From assembly GCF_006345805.1 (NCBI RefSeq), contig NC_043022.1:5766001-5830000 (forward strand): a stretch of DNA of 64,000 nucleotides. Reading direction: 5' to 3'. The DNA comes from Octopus sinensis (taxonomy: Eukaryota). Made by a program: the position numbers and the translations under genes. Position 1 is the stretch's first letter. Every line of letters starts with the position of its first letter. The notes under the pieces are model-generated. The model saw nothing but the letters and a program-made list of their open reading frames with translations. It ran no database searches and had not been told where the DNA came from. Positions 50,515 through 62,421 of the stretch are shown in pieces.

Positions 50515-50995
50515 GCCCTTTGATATGACCCTGCTTGAGACTCTCTCTGGTTCTATGATAAAAAAAACAAACTTCATTTTAATGTGTTCTAAATGAAGAC
50601 CTTCCCTCAAGACTTTATGTTAGTTTATGTTCCAAATACCAACCTAATAAGGACAAAGTTATTTTCCCAAATTCTTCATATTTTCAAAATTAGTTGAAAC
50701 AAAGTCAGTGCATTTCAATAGAAATATGGTAACAAAAGGGTTAAAGTGATCTAAATTAAAACCTTCCCTCAAAATTTCATTTTAATTTGTTCCAAAAACC
50801 AGTTTAATAACAATAAAGTTATTCTACCAAATTCTTCATTATTTTTGCATTTCGACAAAAATATGATAAGAAAAGGGTTAAAGGGATCTAAATTTAAAAT
50901 CTTCCATCAAAATTTTAGGTTATGTTCCAACAACCAGCTTCATAACATCAAAATTCTTCATTATTTTAAAAATCAATGTATTTCGACAGAAATTT
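50515..50995. mobile_element. piggyBac-type MITE with tandemly reiterated 3' part (about 137-bp period)
   Basis: AAAAGGG|TTAA ends at 50740 and 50877; repeated AAAACCTTCCCTCAA...GTTCCAAA...AAATTCTTCAT blocks; degenerate left end CCCTTTGATA. Confidence 0.6.
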
Positions 50996-51359
50996 GATGG
51001 GGGGATATGATCTAACAATGAATTAGCTGCTCTTTCTAGCAATCCCTTGTGCTATATAGAAGCTTCCTTTTTGTTGTTGTTGATCGTTTCCAGTTTGTTG
51101 AACAAAATCAAACAGACGGCAGAGATTAAGCTTAAGCCGTGCACGGGATTTACACTGACAAGATTATATGCAAATATGTGCAGGGCTTGGCCTGCATTGA
51201 GCGGTTGCCTTAATGAAATGCAGCATGCAGAAACATGCAGCGGCAACAGATGGCAACATTCAACAGATTGCACTCAGTCTGCAGTTTGTGTGAGTCAGCA
51301 ACGGGGATGGATCCCTTTTATTATTTAGGTTCCTTTGGAAGATAAAATGGTAAAAGATG

Positions 51360-51873
51360 ATAGTTGTGGTGGCGGTGGTGGAGGTGGCGGTGGTGGCGGT
51401 GGTGGTGGTGATAGTGGTGGCGGCGGTGATAGTGGCTGGTGGTGGTGGCGGAGGCGGCGGCGGCGGCGGCGGTGGTGGTGGTGGTAGTGCTTGGAGTAGT
51501 AGTGATGGTGGTGGTGGTGGTGGTAGTGCTTGGAGTAGTAGTGATGGTGGTGGTGGTGGTGGTAGTGCTTGGAGTAGTAGTGATGGTGGTGGTGGTGGCG
51601 GCGGTGGTGGTGGTGGTGGTGGTGGTAGTGCTTGGAGTAGTAGTGATGGTGGTGGTGGTGGTGGTGGTGGTGGTGGTGGTGGCGGCGGTGGTGGTGGTGG
51701 CGGCGGCGGTGGTGGTTGTGGTAGTGCTTGGAGTAGTAGTGATTGTGGTGGTGGTGGTGGTGGTGGTGGTGATGGTGGAGGCAGTGCTGGGTGTAGAGGT
51801 GGTTATACCCTGGCAGGTAAAGATGAAAATGGGCAGGGAGTAGGTTTGTTGTTGTAGTTGTTATTGATGATGG

Positions 51874-51905
<32 letters not shown>

Positions 51906-52260
51906 GGGTACAAGGTAGGAATGGAAGTGGTGATTAGAATGATGATAGCACAACATTGATCATGAAGATGGTGGTGGTGGTGGTGGTGGTGGTGGTGGTG
52001 CAGGTAAAAGCAAGGATATCGATATTGGTGGTGGTGGTGGTGGTGGTTGTATTGGCAGTGGGATGTGGAGGCTACTGCGTTAAGGTGGTGGTGGTGGTGG
52101 AGGTAGTAGTGATGGTGGTAGTGGTGGTGGTAGTGGTGGTGGTGGTGGTAGTGATGGTGATGGTGTTATTGTTATTGGTGGTGGTGGTGATAGTAGTGGT
52201 AGTGATGCCGGTGGTGATGGTGACGGTGGTAGTTGTAGTGGTGGGGTGGGGGATGATGGT
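51360..52260. repeat. (GGT)n tracts with five AGTGCTTGGAGTAGTAGTGAT units
   Basis: Units at 51486, 51525, 51564, 51627 and 51723. Confidence 0.9.
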
Positions 52261-52594
52261 GGCAAACACCAGATTTCAAACTGTTTCACAACAGAAACTT
52301 TTTAATTTCCTTTTCAACCACAACAACAAAACTTACAAAAAAAATAAATAACAGAAAAATAAAAAAAAAAACCTCCTGTATTATTTGACCAGGTTTGACC
52401 TAAATATTGGAATGAGGTCATCAGAGAAACATTGATCCAGCTGGGAGTCGGGGGGTGGGGGTGGAGGACGACAGGCGGTTAATTATGAGGAATGACCAAA
52501 ATAAGGAAGAAACAATATTCCAGTCTCCCATGAACACCTCAGACACAGTGCAAAAATGTCAATAATTGTTGTTGTTATTATTATTATTATTATT

Positions 52595-52813
52595 GAAGCC
52601 GGTGAGCTGGCAGGACTGTTAGAACGCTGGGTGAAATGCCTAGTGGTATTTCATCCATCTTTACGTTCTGAGTTCAAATTCCGCTGAGGTCAACTTTGCT
52701 CTTCATCCTCTTTTGAGTCGATTAAATAAATACCAGTTATGCACTGGGGTTGATGTAATCAACTTAATCTTCTCCCCCAAGATGCCCCTGAGGCAAAAAT
52801 ACAAAACTATTAT

Positions 52814-52859
<46 letters not shown>

Positions 52860-53081
52860 TGAAGGCAATCGTTAGCATGCTGGGTGAAATGCTTAGCGAT
52901 ATTTTGTCTGTCTTCATGATCTGATTCAAATTCTGTTGGGAGTCGACTTCGCCCCTCATCCTTTCAGGGTTGATAAATTAAGTACCAGTGAAATATTGGG
53001 GTCAATGTAATCAACTAGTCCCCTTCCCAAAAATTTCAGGCCTTCTGCCTATGTTAGAAAGGATTATTATCATCATCATCA

Positions 53082-53135
<54 letters not shown>

Positions 53136-53420
53136 GGTAGTGAGCTGGCAGAATTGTTAGCACGCCAGGTGAAATGCTTAGCGGTATTTCATCTGCTGCT
53201 ACGTTCTGAGTTCAAATTCTGCTAAGGTTAACTTTGCTTTTCATCCTTTCAGGGTTGATGAATTAAGTACCAGTGAAACACTGGGGTCGATGTAATCAAC
53301 TAGTCCCCTCCCCACAAATTTCAGGCCTTGAGCCTTCAGTAGAAAGGATTATTATTATTATTATTATTATTTCTAATATAAACACAAGGTCTGAAATTTG
53401 TGGGAGGAGTACTTTATTTT
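52595..53420 (+). mobile_element. Three tandem SINE D copies separated by (ATT)n, plus an inverted fragment
   Basis: 52595-52805, 52861-53062 and 53134-53347; minus fragment at 53371-53420. Confidence 0.88.
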
Positions 53421-53879
53421 AGTGACCCTGAGGGTCAAAGACAGGAAGAGCATCTGGTCATTGAAAACTTAGCTCAACAAATTCTGTCTGATCCATGCAA
53501 GCATAGAAAAGTGGGCATTACATGATGATGATGAAGAAACAACACAAATTCTACACAATTCCTGTCCAATACAAAAGCACCAATCACCCACTACATACTC
53601 AACAAAATCAGCAATCCAAGTTCAAATCTCATTGGGGGTGGGAGTCATCTTCATCCTCATGTAACATCCGTTTTTCTATGCTGGAATGGGTTGGAAAGTT
53701 TGACTAGTATCCGGTGAGTCAAAGAACCAAATTGGGCTCCGATGTCTTCTTTGACATAATTTCTTCTTCAGCTGGATGCCCTAACACCATCCAAGTGGCA
53801 TGGGCTGGGTGCTTTTTAAGTGGCACCAGTCAATTCAGCATTTCAGGATTAATAAAAAGGCATCAATCCAGAGCAGTAG

Positions 53880-54110
53880 ATTGGCGGACCCGTGAAGGGT
53901 TTGGGGTTGACGAAAGGCTTTACATTCTCTGTTCTGGCCCTTTCTCGACTGATGTTAACAGCTATGACAACACTGGCACCAACTTCTATCAGCCCAAGGT
54001 GGCAGCGTTTACCTCGAATAAACATCAGTGTAGTTAGAGAGAAGAGACACCCATGTTTGGACAACCTTGACCAACAGGGACCTCAAGAGAGATGGCAGAG
54101 TCTCTAGAAA
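53880..54110. repeat. Old dispersed repeat; second copy inverted at about 62050-62510
   Basis: GGACAACCTTGACCAACAGGGACCTCAAGAGAGATGGCAGAGTCTCTAGAA vs TTCTAGAGACTCTGCTATCTCTCTTGGAGTCCCTGTTGGTCAAGG. The second copy is split by a SINE D. Confidence 0.8.
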
Positions 54111-54123
54111 TCTTTAGATTCTG

Positions 54124-54500
54124 TTATTCTGTTACTTGTTTCAGTCATTTGACTGCGGCCATGCTGGAGCACCACCTTTAGTCGAGCAAATCGACCCCAG
54201 GACTTATTCTTTGTAAGCCCAGTACTTATTCTATCAGTCTGTTTTGCCGAACCACTAAGTGACGGGGACGTAAACACACCAGCATCGGTTGTCAAGCAAT
54301 GCTAGGGGGACAAACACAGACACACAAACATATACACACACACTTATATATATATACATATATACGACAGGCTTCTTTCAGTTTCCGTCTACCAAAATCC
54401 ACTCACAAGGCATTGGTCGGCCCGGGGCTATAGCAGAAGACACTTGCCCAAGATGCCACGCAGTGGGACTGAACCCGGAACCATGTGGTTGGTTAGCAAG
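54124..54500 (-). mobile_element. SINE family A
   Basis: Near-full reverse copy, head truncated. Confidence 0.9.
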
Positions 54501-54782
54501 ATATTGACTTTCTTATTTGTCTTTAGTCAACTGACTTTCACTCAACTTCAGAGTCTTGTGGAATGGCATCATAGTCTTTGAAATCTTCGGTTGTCTTGGA
54601 AAGATCTCAGTGCCATGGCCATAGCAGACCCACATTTTATGAAATGGTAAATGGTTACATTTTGTATCTGGGTGTGTGTGCTTGTGTGTGTGTGTGTGCA
54701 TGTGCACGTGTATGTATGTGTGTGTGTGTGAGTGTGTGTCTGAATGTGTGTATAGTGGAGCTCATTCACACATATAGGTAAA

Positions 54783-55153
54783 CTAGCAGTATCGCCCGGC
54801 GTTGCTCGGGTTTGTAAGGGAAATAACTATAAAGCATTTTTAGAGAGTTATAGCCAAAAAATAGCAAAAAAATGGAAAAAAAATGATGGTAAATTTTTTT
54901 GAGAGTTAAAAAGGTCGAGTTGCGTCCCCTAGACAGTCTGTGGTTTGTGTTCTGATTCTCGACCCATGTCGAATTTATCGATTTCTTTCAGAAGTGGGGG
55001 AACTTTTCAAATTTTCGCTGCGTTAGTTTTGAATTATGACATTGGGCATGTGTGTGTCAAGTTTCATCAGAATCGGTTGAAAGCCGTGGTCAGGGTGAGG
55101 GTACAACCTAACAGACACACAGACAGACAAACTGCCGTTTATATAGAGAGAGA
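54783..55153 (-). mobile_element. Non-autonomous Helitron, about 371 bp
   Basis: Minus strand: A|TCTCTCTCTATAT... start; 3' hairpin CCCGAGCAACGCCGGG; CTAG|T end; inserted between A and T. Confidence 0.85.
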
Positions 55154-55547
55154 TATCTGCATATGTGTGCATACATATATGCACATGTGCATGTATGTAT
55201 ACTTGTACAAACTTTCAGCTGGAGCTAGTCCCAGTTTTACAAGTAATCTTACACACACACACACACATATGTACACACACGAAAGTATTCAAGTTTATAC
55301 CTATAGACAAAAAAAACTGTAGACACATATCTCTCACTTCCCCCTTTTTTCTGTATACATATGTGTGTGTGTGTATACATATATATGTGTGTGTATATAT
55401 GTGTGTGTGTGTGCAACCACATTTATAAACACATATATATACATACATACATATATGTGTTTGTGTGTGTGTGAATGTGTGTAATGAAAATATATACATA
55501 CATATATATGTATATATATTCATTATATATATATTCGTATATGTATG

Positions 55548-55592
<45 letters not shown>

Positions 55593-55979
55593 ATGTATGT
55601 ATATATATATATACATATATATATACACATATGTATACATATATATGTATATTTATGTATGTATGCATGTATGTATATTTTATACATATTTGTGCATGTG
55701 TATCTTATGCATAGTGGTAGCTGAACATCTCGAAGCCACGTGTGTACAGAAAGGACTAATGAGCAACCGTATAAACGGCACAAGGAAAGCAATGAGGAAT
55801 TAGTGTCAGGAAATGTACCAAAATTAGCCTCTCCTCACCCTCTCAGACTTCTTAGAATTATTTCACAATAGAACTGACATCTTGAAAGTTACAAAAGGAA
55901 AAAAAACGTTGTTGGCTGCCCTCAAACTGAAATAGCTACAGGAAGGAGACGCATGCACTCCCCACACCCATACACACAT

Positions 55980-56024
<45 letters not shown>

Positions 56025-56030
56025 ACGCAC

Positions 56031-56282
56031 ACACATGCCTACAAAGTCAGAAAACAACACAGCTCCCATGACTTTCGGAAACATTTTTTCACGCTCAGAG
56101 TTGCTGAAGCATGGAATAAACTGCCTGCGTCAGTTGTTGACTGCCATGACACTGCATCCTTTATGGCCCTCGTGCTTTCCGAAATCCCCCGAAACTACAC
56201 CTGATTATATATACACTTTAGATGAGTTGTAGTGCACCTGAGCACTGTACATAATAATTATTATTATTATTATTATTATTAT
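56031..56282 (+). mobile_element. CR1/L2-type LINE 3' end
   Basis: Nearly identical to 20211-20453; (ATT)n tail; 5' end joined to (CA)n. Confidence 0.9.
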
Positions 56283-56285
56283 ATA

Positions 56286-57186
56286 CAAGGAGGTAGCTGA
56301 AAGTAACTGGCAACATTGTCTGTGGAGCGAACCTGTTGTAGTTCATGCTTCTGCTGCTAGAAGTCACTTGATGTGACCCTCAGGCATCAATCTGCTGGCT
56401 GGCATCTTCTAGTGGAGTCATTCTGCCATGTGGTGTGTCTTCGTTTTGTGGTGCTTCTTCCCCGTTCATCGATTTTTGCAATGGCTGAAATGAAGGAACT
56501 GTGTGCTTCCGAGAAAATCTATTTCATGCTGAGGAGAACAGCGGCCGAAACAGTTGTCATGCATCGAAAAACTTAGAAGGACGCTGCCATCAGCAAAACA
56601 CAAGTTTATGAGGGGTTTTCACACTTTAGGAAGGGTCACTTGTTGTTTGAAGACCAACCTTGTTCAGGGCAACCATCAGCCTCCCAAACGAATGAAAACA
56701 ACACAAAAATTGATGAACTGATCTTGGACGACTGTTGCCGAACATTTGATGGACTTGTTGATATGGCCGCTGTCTCCTGGAGCTCCTGGAGCTCCTGCCA
56801 ACGAATTTTGAACAAAAGATTGTGAATGAAATTTGCAGCAAAATTTGTGCCTCGCTAGCTCACAGAAGATCAAAAGCAGTCATGAGTGAACGCATGTCGT
56901 GATCTGAAAGAACAGTTGGAAGTTGATCCGGACCATTTTCCGTAGGTCATCGCTGGTGCCACGGAATTTTGCAGTTGTGGAGGAGGTGAAGAAAAAAATG
57001 AGAGAGATGTTAAAAAAGCATCATTTTGCAAGAGTTGCAGCGTTGCTTTGAACAGCAGAAAATGCACCTGGACTGATGCATTCCTTCAAATGGAGAATAC
57101 TTTGGAGACGATAAAAGTGTAATCATGTAAAGCTAAGTGAATGAAATAATATTGCAAAATTCTGGTTTCTTTTGGGTAACCCCTCT
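56286..57186 (+). pseudogene. Internally deleted mariner transposon
   Basis: MAEMKE...TAAETVVM...SKTQVYE.F...AAKFVPR.LTEDQK...VIAG jumps to C-terminal ...CI.SNGEYF. Catalytic region deleted; degenerate TIRs. Confidence 0.85.
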
Positions 57187-57280
57187 TTACTTTTACTTTT
57201 ACTTGTTTCAGTCATTTGACTGTGGCCATGCTGGAGCACCACCTTTTATATATAATACACACACATAAGTATGTGTGCGT

Positions 57281-57668
57281 ATGGATGGAAGCACTCCGTC
57301 GGTTACGATGACGAGGGTTCCGGTTGATCCGATCAACGGAACAGCCTGCTCGTGAAATTAACGTGTAAGTGGCTGAGCACTCCACAGACAGGTGTACCCT
57401 TATCGTAGTTCTCGGGGATATTCAGCGTGACACAGAGAGTGACAAGGCCGGCCCTTTGAAATACAGGTACAACAGAAACAGGAAGTAAGAGTGAGAGAAA
57501 GTTGTGGTGAAAGAGTACAGCAGGGATCACCACCATCCCCTGCCGGAGCCTCGTGGAGTTCAGGTGTTTTCGCTCAATAAACACTCACAATGCCCAGTCT
57601 GGGAATCGAAACCGCAATCCTATGACCACGAGTTCGCTGCCCTAACCACTGGGCCATTGCACCTCCAC
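57281..57668 (-). mobile_element. SINE family B
   Basis: Full reverse copy. Confidence 0.92.
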
Positions 57669-57886
57669 ACACACACACATTTAGATGTACATACATCTTT
57701 ACAGACATACATACATTTATGCATACAAACATATACAGGGTTGGCCAAAAGTCACCTGACAGTAAATCGAAATTCCTTAAATATCTAATATTCAGTTTAA
57801 TTTATTCATTCCAATTATGAATGTTTAATAATTGAATGCTGTCAGGTGGTGGTGGTGGTGGTGGTAGAGGGTGGAGCAGAGCAATG

Positions 57887-57934
<48 letters not shown>

Positions 57935-57935
57935 C

Positions 57936-57976
<41 letters not shown>

Positions 57977-57993
57977 CATACATATATACATAC

Positions 57994-58042
<49 letters not shown>

Positions 58043-58167
58043 CAACATACATACATACATACATACATGCATATATATATATATGTGTGTGTTGTGTATA
58101 TATATATATAATATATATATATATGCATAAATACATACATGCATATATATATTATTATGTGTTGTGT

Positions 58168-58211
<44 letters not shown>

Positions 58212-58232
58212 TATACATATATCTATATAATA

Positions 58233-58276
<44 letters not shown>

Positions 58277-58278
58277 AT

Positions 58279-58591
58279 TGTGGAGGCGCAATGGCCCAGT
58301 GGTTAGGGCAACGGACTCGCGGTTGTAGGATCGCGGTTTCGATTCCCAGACTGGGTGTTGTGAGTGTTTATTGACCGAAAACACCTAAAGCTCCACGAGG
58401 CTCCTGCAGGGGGTGTTGGCGATCCCTGCTGTACTCTTTCACCACAACTTTCTCTCACTGTCTCTTCTGTTAGCCTGCTCACTTAGCCAGGGGGATGGAG
58501 TCATTTGAAGGCTAAAACAATGTGAAGTGCATTGTGACCAGCGATGTGTAGCAACATTTGATAGCCTGGTCAGTCACGGTGATCACAGTGA
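58279..58591 (+). mobile_element. SINE family B, alternative-tail subfamily
   Basis: Same tail as 2016-2306. Confidence 0.88.
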
Positions 58592-58848
58592 TATTAATCC
58601 ATTATTTAGTTGTAGTTAAATTTCATAGTGTTGACTAGTGCCATTTCTATGTGGAATTATCGTTGGTGACTTTACCGGTTGGGTCTATTTCTAGCACTTA
58701 GAGTTAACATATTCAAAGTTGACTCTCTAATATTTTACGGATAAATATGAATTTGTATCCCCGGTTTTTGTGCTAGGTCGCTTGGTGTTAAAATAAGGGT
58801 ATTATTGAATTAATATCTATAATTTTATTCACCCTCGTTATTGATTGT

Positions 58849-58890
<42 letters not shown>

Positions 58891-58965
58891 TATATATATG
58901 AATGTGTATATGTATGTGTGTATGTGTGTGTATATATATATGCATACATACACATACATATGTAT

Positions 58966-59922
58966 AGAAACTCCATAAAACTCAACAATTTAGTTAAAAA
59001 TGGAGAAGAGAAGATGTTAAAATATATAAGAGAATTTTAATTCATGCAGACGATTCATGATTGAATTAAATTAAATTAAATTAATTATATATCACTGTGC
59101 TCTTCAGTGTAAGAAGTAGAAACAAAATTTGCACAAAGAATTTGAGAAAGGAAAAAGCAGAAGAATAGGATCTGGGAGATTCCTATTAATCCTTACGAGA
59201 AAACGAGTTGTGAGTCCAGTTAGGTATTTACTAAATGGAACATGGAAGCACTCCGTCGATTACGACGACGGAGGGGGTTCCGGTTGATCCGAATCAACGG
59301 AACAGCCTGCTCGTGAAATTAACGTGTAAGTGGCTGAGCACTCCACAGACAAGTGTACCCTTAACGTAGTTCTCGGGGATATTCAGCGTGACACAGAGAG
59401 TGACAAGGCTGGCCCTTTGAAATACAGGTACAACAGAAACAGGAAGTAAGAGTGAGAGAAAGTTGTGGTGAAAGAGTACAGCAGGGATCACCACCATCCC
59501 CTGCCGGAGCCACGTGGAGCTTTTAGGTGTTTTCGCTCAATAAACACTCACAACGCCCGGTCTGGGAATTGAAACCGCGGTCCTATGACCGCGAGTCCGC
59601 TGCCCTAACCACTGGGCCATTGCACCTCCACCAGGTATTTACTAAAATTAAAAGCTATAACGGTTATTTGAGAATATAAGTAAAAGAGGTTTCAGAGACG
59701 TTCCCTCTATAGATGATTGAGGAGATTAGAAATTTTTTCTAATCTCCTTAATATAATTAATTCATCTATTTAATTAATTTAATTTAATTCAATTCAATCA
59801 TGAATTTGCCTTATTTTTATATCTCTGTATAAAACCATCATCCGCATGAATTAAAATTCTCTTATATATTTTAACATCTCTTCTCCATTTTTAACTAAAT
59901 TGTTGAGTTTTATGGGGTTTCT
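58966..59922. mobile_element. AT-rich element with about 83-bp near-perfect inverted arms (Penelope-like?)
   Basis: 58966-59048 vs 59841-59922; SINE B nested in the spacer. Confidence 0.7.
59236..59632 (-). mobile_element. SINE family B with 14-bp TSD
   Basis: TSD AGGTATTTACTAAA at 59222-59235 and 59633-59646. Confidence 0.95.
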
Positions 59923-60080
59923 TACCATAAATTCACAACACATCATATACAAGTATTATTTTCATATTCGCAAATTTACGCCTGTAAGCTACCAGCAAAA
60001 AATATTAAGAATAAACATTAGAAATCTTTTTAGGAAACCTCCAAATTAAAGGACGAATCTACGTTCAACCTTTTTACACC

Positions 60081-60111
<31 letters not shown>

Positions 60112-60206
60112 ATGATATAGGGTGAAATTAATTAATTTGGAATAATCATCAATTTCACCAAGTAGATTTCGGCATGTAAAAGCCCCATTCAAGGAAGTTT
60201 AAGTAA

Positions 60207-60394
60207 TACTAAGTAATTAAGGGTTTAGCAACGATTTGCCTCACCACACACCGAATATAGAAATAGCAGTCAAAAGAGTTTTGGCTATTTTCTCTACTTG
60301 AAAGTAGAAAGAATAGCCAAAACTCTTTTGACTGCTATTTCTAAATTCGGTGTGTGGTGAGGCAAATCGTTGCTAAACCCTTAATTACTTAGTA
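60207..60394. repeat. 188-bp near-perfect palindrome
   Basis: About 92-bp arms around a TGAA loop at 60299-60302; few mismatches. Confidence 0.95.
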
Positions 60395-61485
60395 TATATA
60401 TATATATATAATATATATATATATGTATGTATGTAAATAGTAATGCAATACGAAAGTATTGCTTTCCAGTAAAGAATAGCCCGTGAGGGTAAAATTATAC
60501 ATAAAAGTAAATAAATCATTTATTTACTTTTATGTATGTATGTATGTATGTATGTATGTATAAATATATATATGTATATATGTATAGTTAGTAAATATAG
60601 CTGTACTAATGTATTCGGTAACCTAACTAGAGTTTCATGAGGAAGACATTTACAGCCCTTGCCCACCCCACCCCTTTCCCCCTCTCTCTCTTTCCCCCCT
60701 CTCTCTGTCTCTGTCTCTCTCTCCCTCTCTCATGGAATCTCAGTCTGGCATCAGCTGCGCCAATTATTACTTGAAAAGGTATCTAAGCCCTGGGTACAAG
60801 GATGTGAAGGCGAGATGGAACGAGGCAGGGTTTAAGGGTGTGAGGTGGCATTGGTGGTTGTGGTGGTGGTACTGGTGTGGGTGGTGGTGGTGGTGATGGT
60901 GGTGGTGGTGGTGGTGGTAGCAGTGGTAGTAGTAGCAGCAGTAGTAACAGTAGTGATGGTGATAGTAGTAGTGTGGTGGTGGTGGTGGTGGTGGTAGGGT
61001 GGAGCAGGGCAATGTCTCTAGAGAAAACAAAAAACACAGCAGGAAGGCCTTAAGCAGGTTTGTTATCTCAGATTGGCAAATGACCCCTGAAAGGTGGGGG
61101 TGGGCACTCATTTAATGAAGCTCTTCTTAAACACACACACACACACACACACATGCCCACTCCCCCCCCCACACACACACACTACACACACACACTACAC
61201 ACACACACACACTACACACACAAGTCTACCCCTGTGCACATTTGACCACCCCACACCAAACATTACTGTTTGTATCTTATTTGGTTCCAGAAGATTGATC
61301 GATTAGAAAATTGAAAGACAGAAGGTATTGATCTCTAGATCAATACTTTGCATTTGGAAATGTTGTTGTTGCTGTTGAAGTTGCTTCATTTCTGTTCTGT
61401 CCTGATTTTGCAGACTTAGAACCAATGGTGCTCCAGCTGGGGCCACCCACATATTTTTGTATACTTACCACTGTATTAAAGGCCT

Positions 61486-61800
61486 AGAAGGCACATAGCT
61501 TAATGGTTAGGGCATTTGGTTCATGATTGTAAGGTTATGAGTTCAATTCCCAGCGGGTGTTAGGTCCTTGAGCAAGACACTTTATTTCACATTATACCGG
61601 TCCACTCAGATGGCAAATATGAGTGGTACCTGTAATTCAAAGGGGGCTGACCTTGTCACACTCTGTGACACACTGAATCTCTCTGAGAAATACATTAAGA
61701 GTATGCATGTCTATGGAGTACTCAGCCACTTGCATGTTAATTTAATGAGCTGACTGTTCCATTGAGTGGATCAAATGGAACATTCATTGTCATAACCGAT
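61486..61800 (+). mobile_element. SINE with E-type head and B-type body
   Basis: Homologous to 20667-20930. Confidence 0.75.
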
Positions 61801-62189
61801 AGAAAGCCAGGCCAAGGGCCTGGAATGATTTCAGCTGCTGTTTCTAGCAAGCTAAATAATCAGGTACAAGCCCAGGGCCCACAGGAGAAATTTCAATCAG
61901 AAATTCATAGAGTGTCCTTTTTGCTTTCTGGTCCCCCCTTTTTTTTTTACCATCTCAGCCCTGGAACAACATACTGGATGAACCTCTCTCTCATAGATTC
62001 TGTACAGGTTCCCCTTATATCAAAGTGATACCAACCTTGACATGTACAATTCTAGAGACTCTGCTATCTCTCTTGGAGTCCCTGTTGGTCAAGGTTATCC
62101 AAACATGGGTGTTTCTCCTCTCAAACTCCACTGATGTTTATCCAAGGTAAACACTGCCATCTTGGACCAATGGAGGTAGGTATCAGGAA

Positions 62190-62421
62190 AAGGCAGTGAG
62201 CTGGCAGAATTGTTAGCACACCGGGCGAAATGCTTAGTGGTATTTCGTCTGCCGTTACGTTCTGGGTTCAAATTCCGCCAAGGTCGACATTGCCTTTCAT
62301 CCCTTCAGGGTCGATTAAATAAGTACCAGTTACACACTGGGGTCGATATAATTGACTTAGTCCGTTTGTTTGTCCTTGTTTATCCTCTCTGTGTTTAGCC
62401 CCTTGTGGGTAGTAAAGAAAT
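62190..62421 (+). mobile_element. SINE family D, full length
   Basis: Homologous to 34585-34818. Confidence 0.9.

Noticed and set aside
52385-52430. Minus-strand CTGATGA-CCT...AGG-TCAAAC-CTG-GTC hammerhead-like string
   Set aside because: G12 absent and stem I does not pair; may be chance or an unrecoverable relic.
57735-57850. Tc1-like MITE (CAGGGTTGGCCAAAAGTCACCTGACAG...CTGTCAGGTG)
   Set aside because: Right TIR only 10 bp before a (GGT)n tract; too incomplete to annotate.
60441-60495. Twister ribozyme (TAATGCA start)
   Set aside because: The required downstream pseudoknot and conserved segment is missing.
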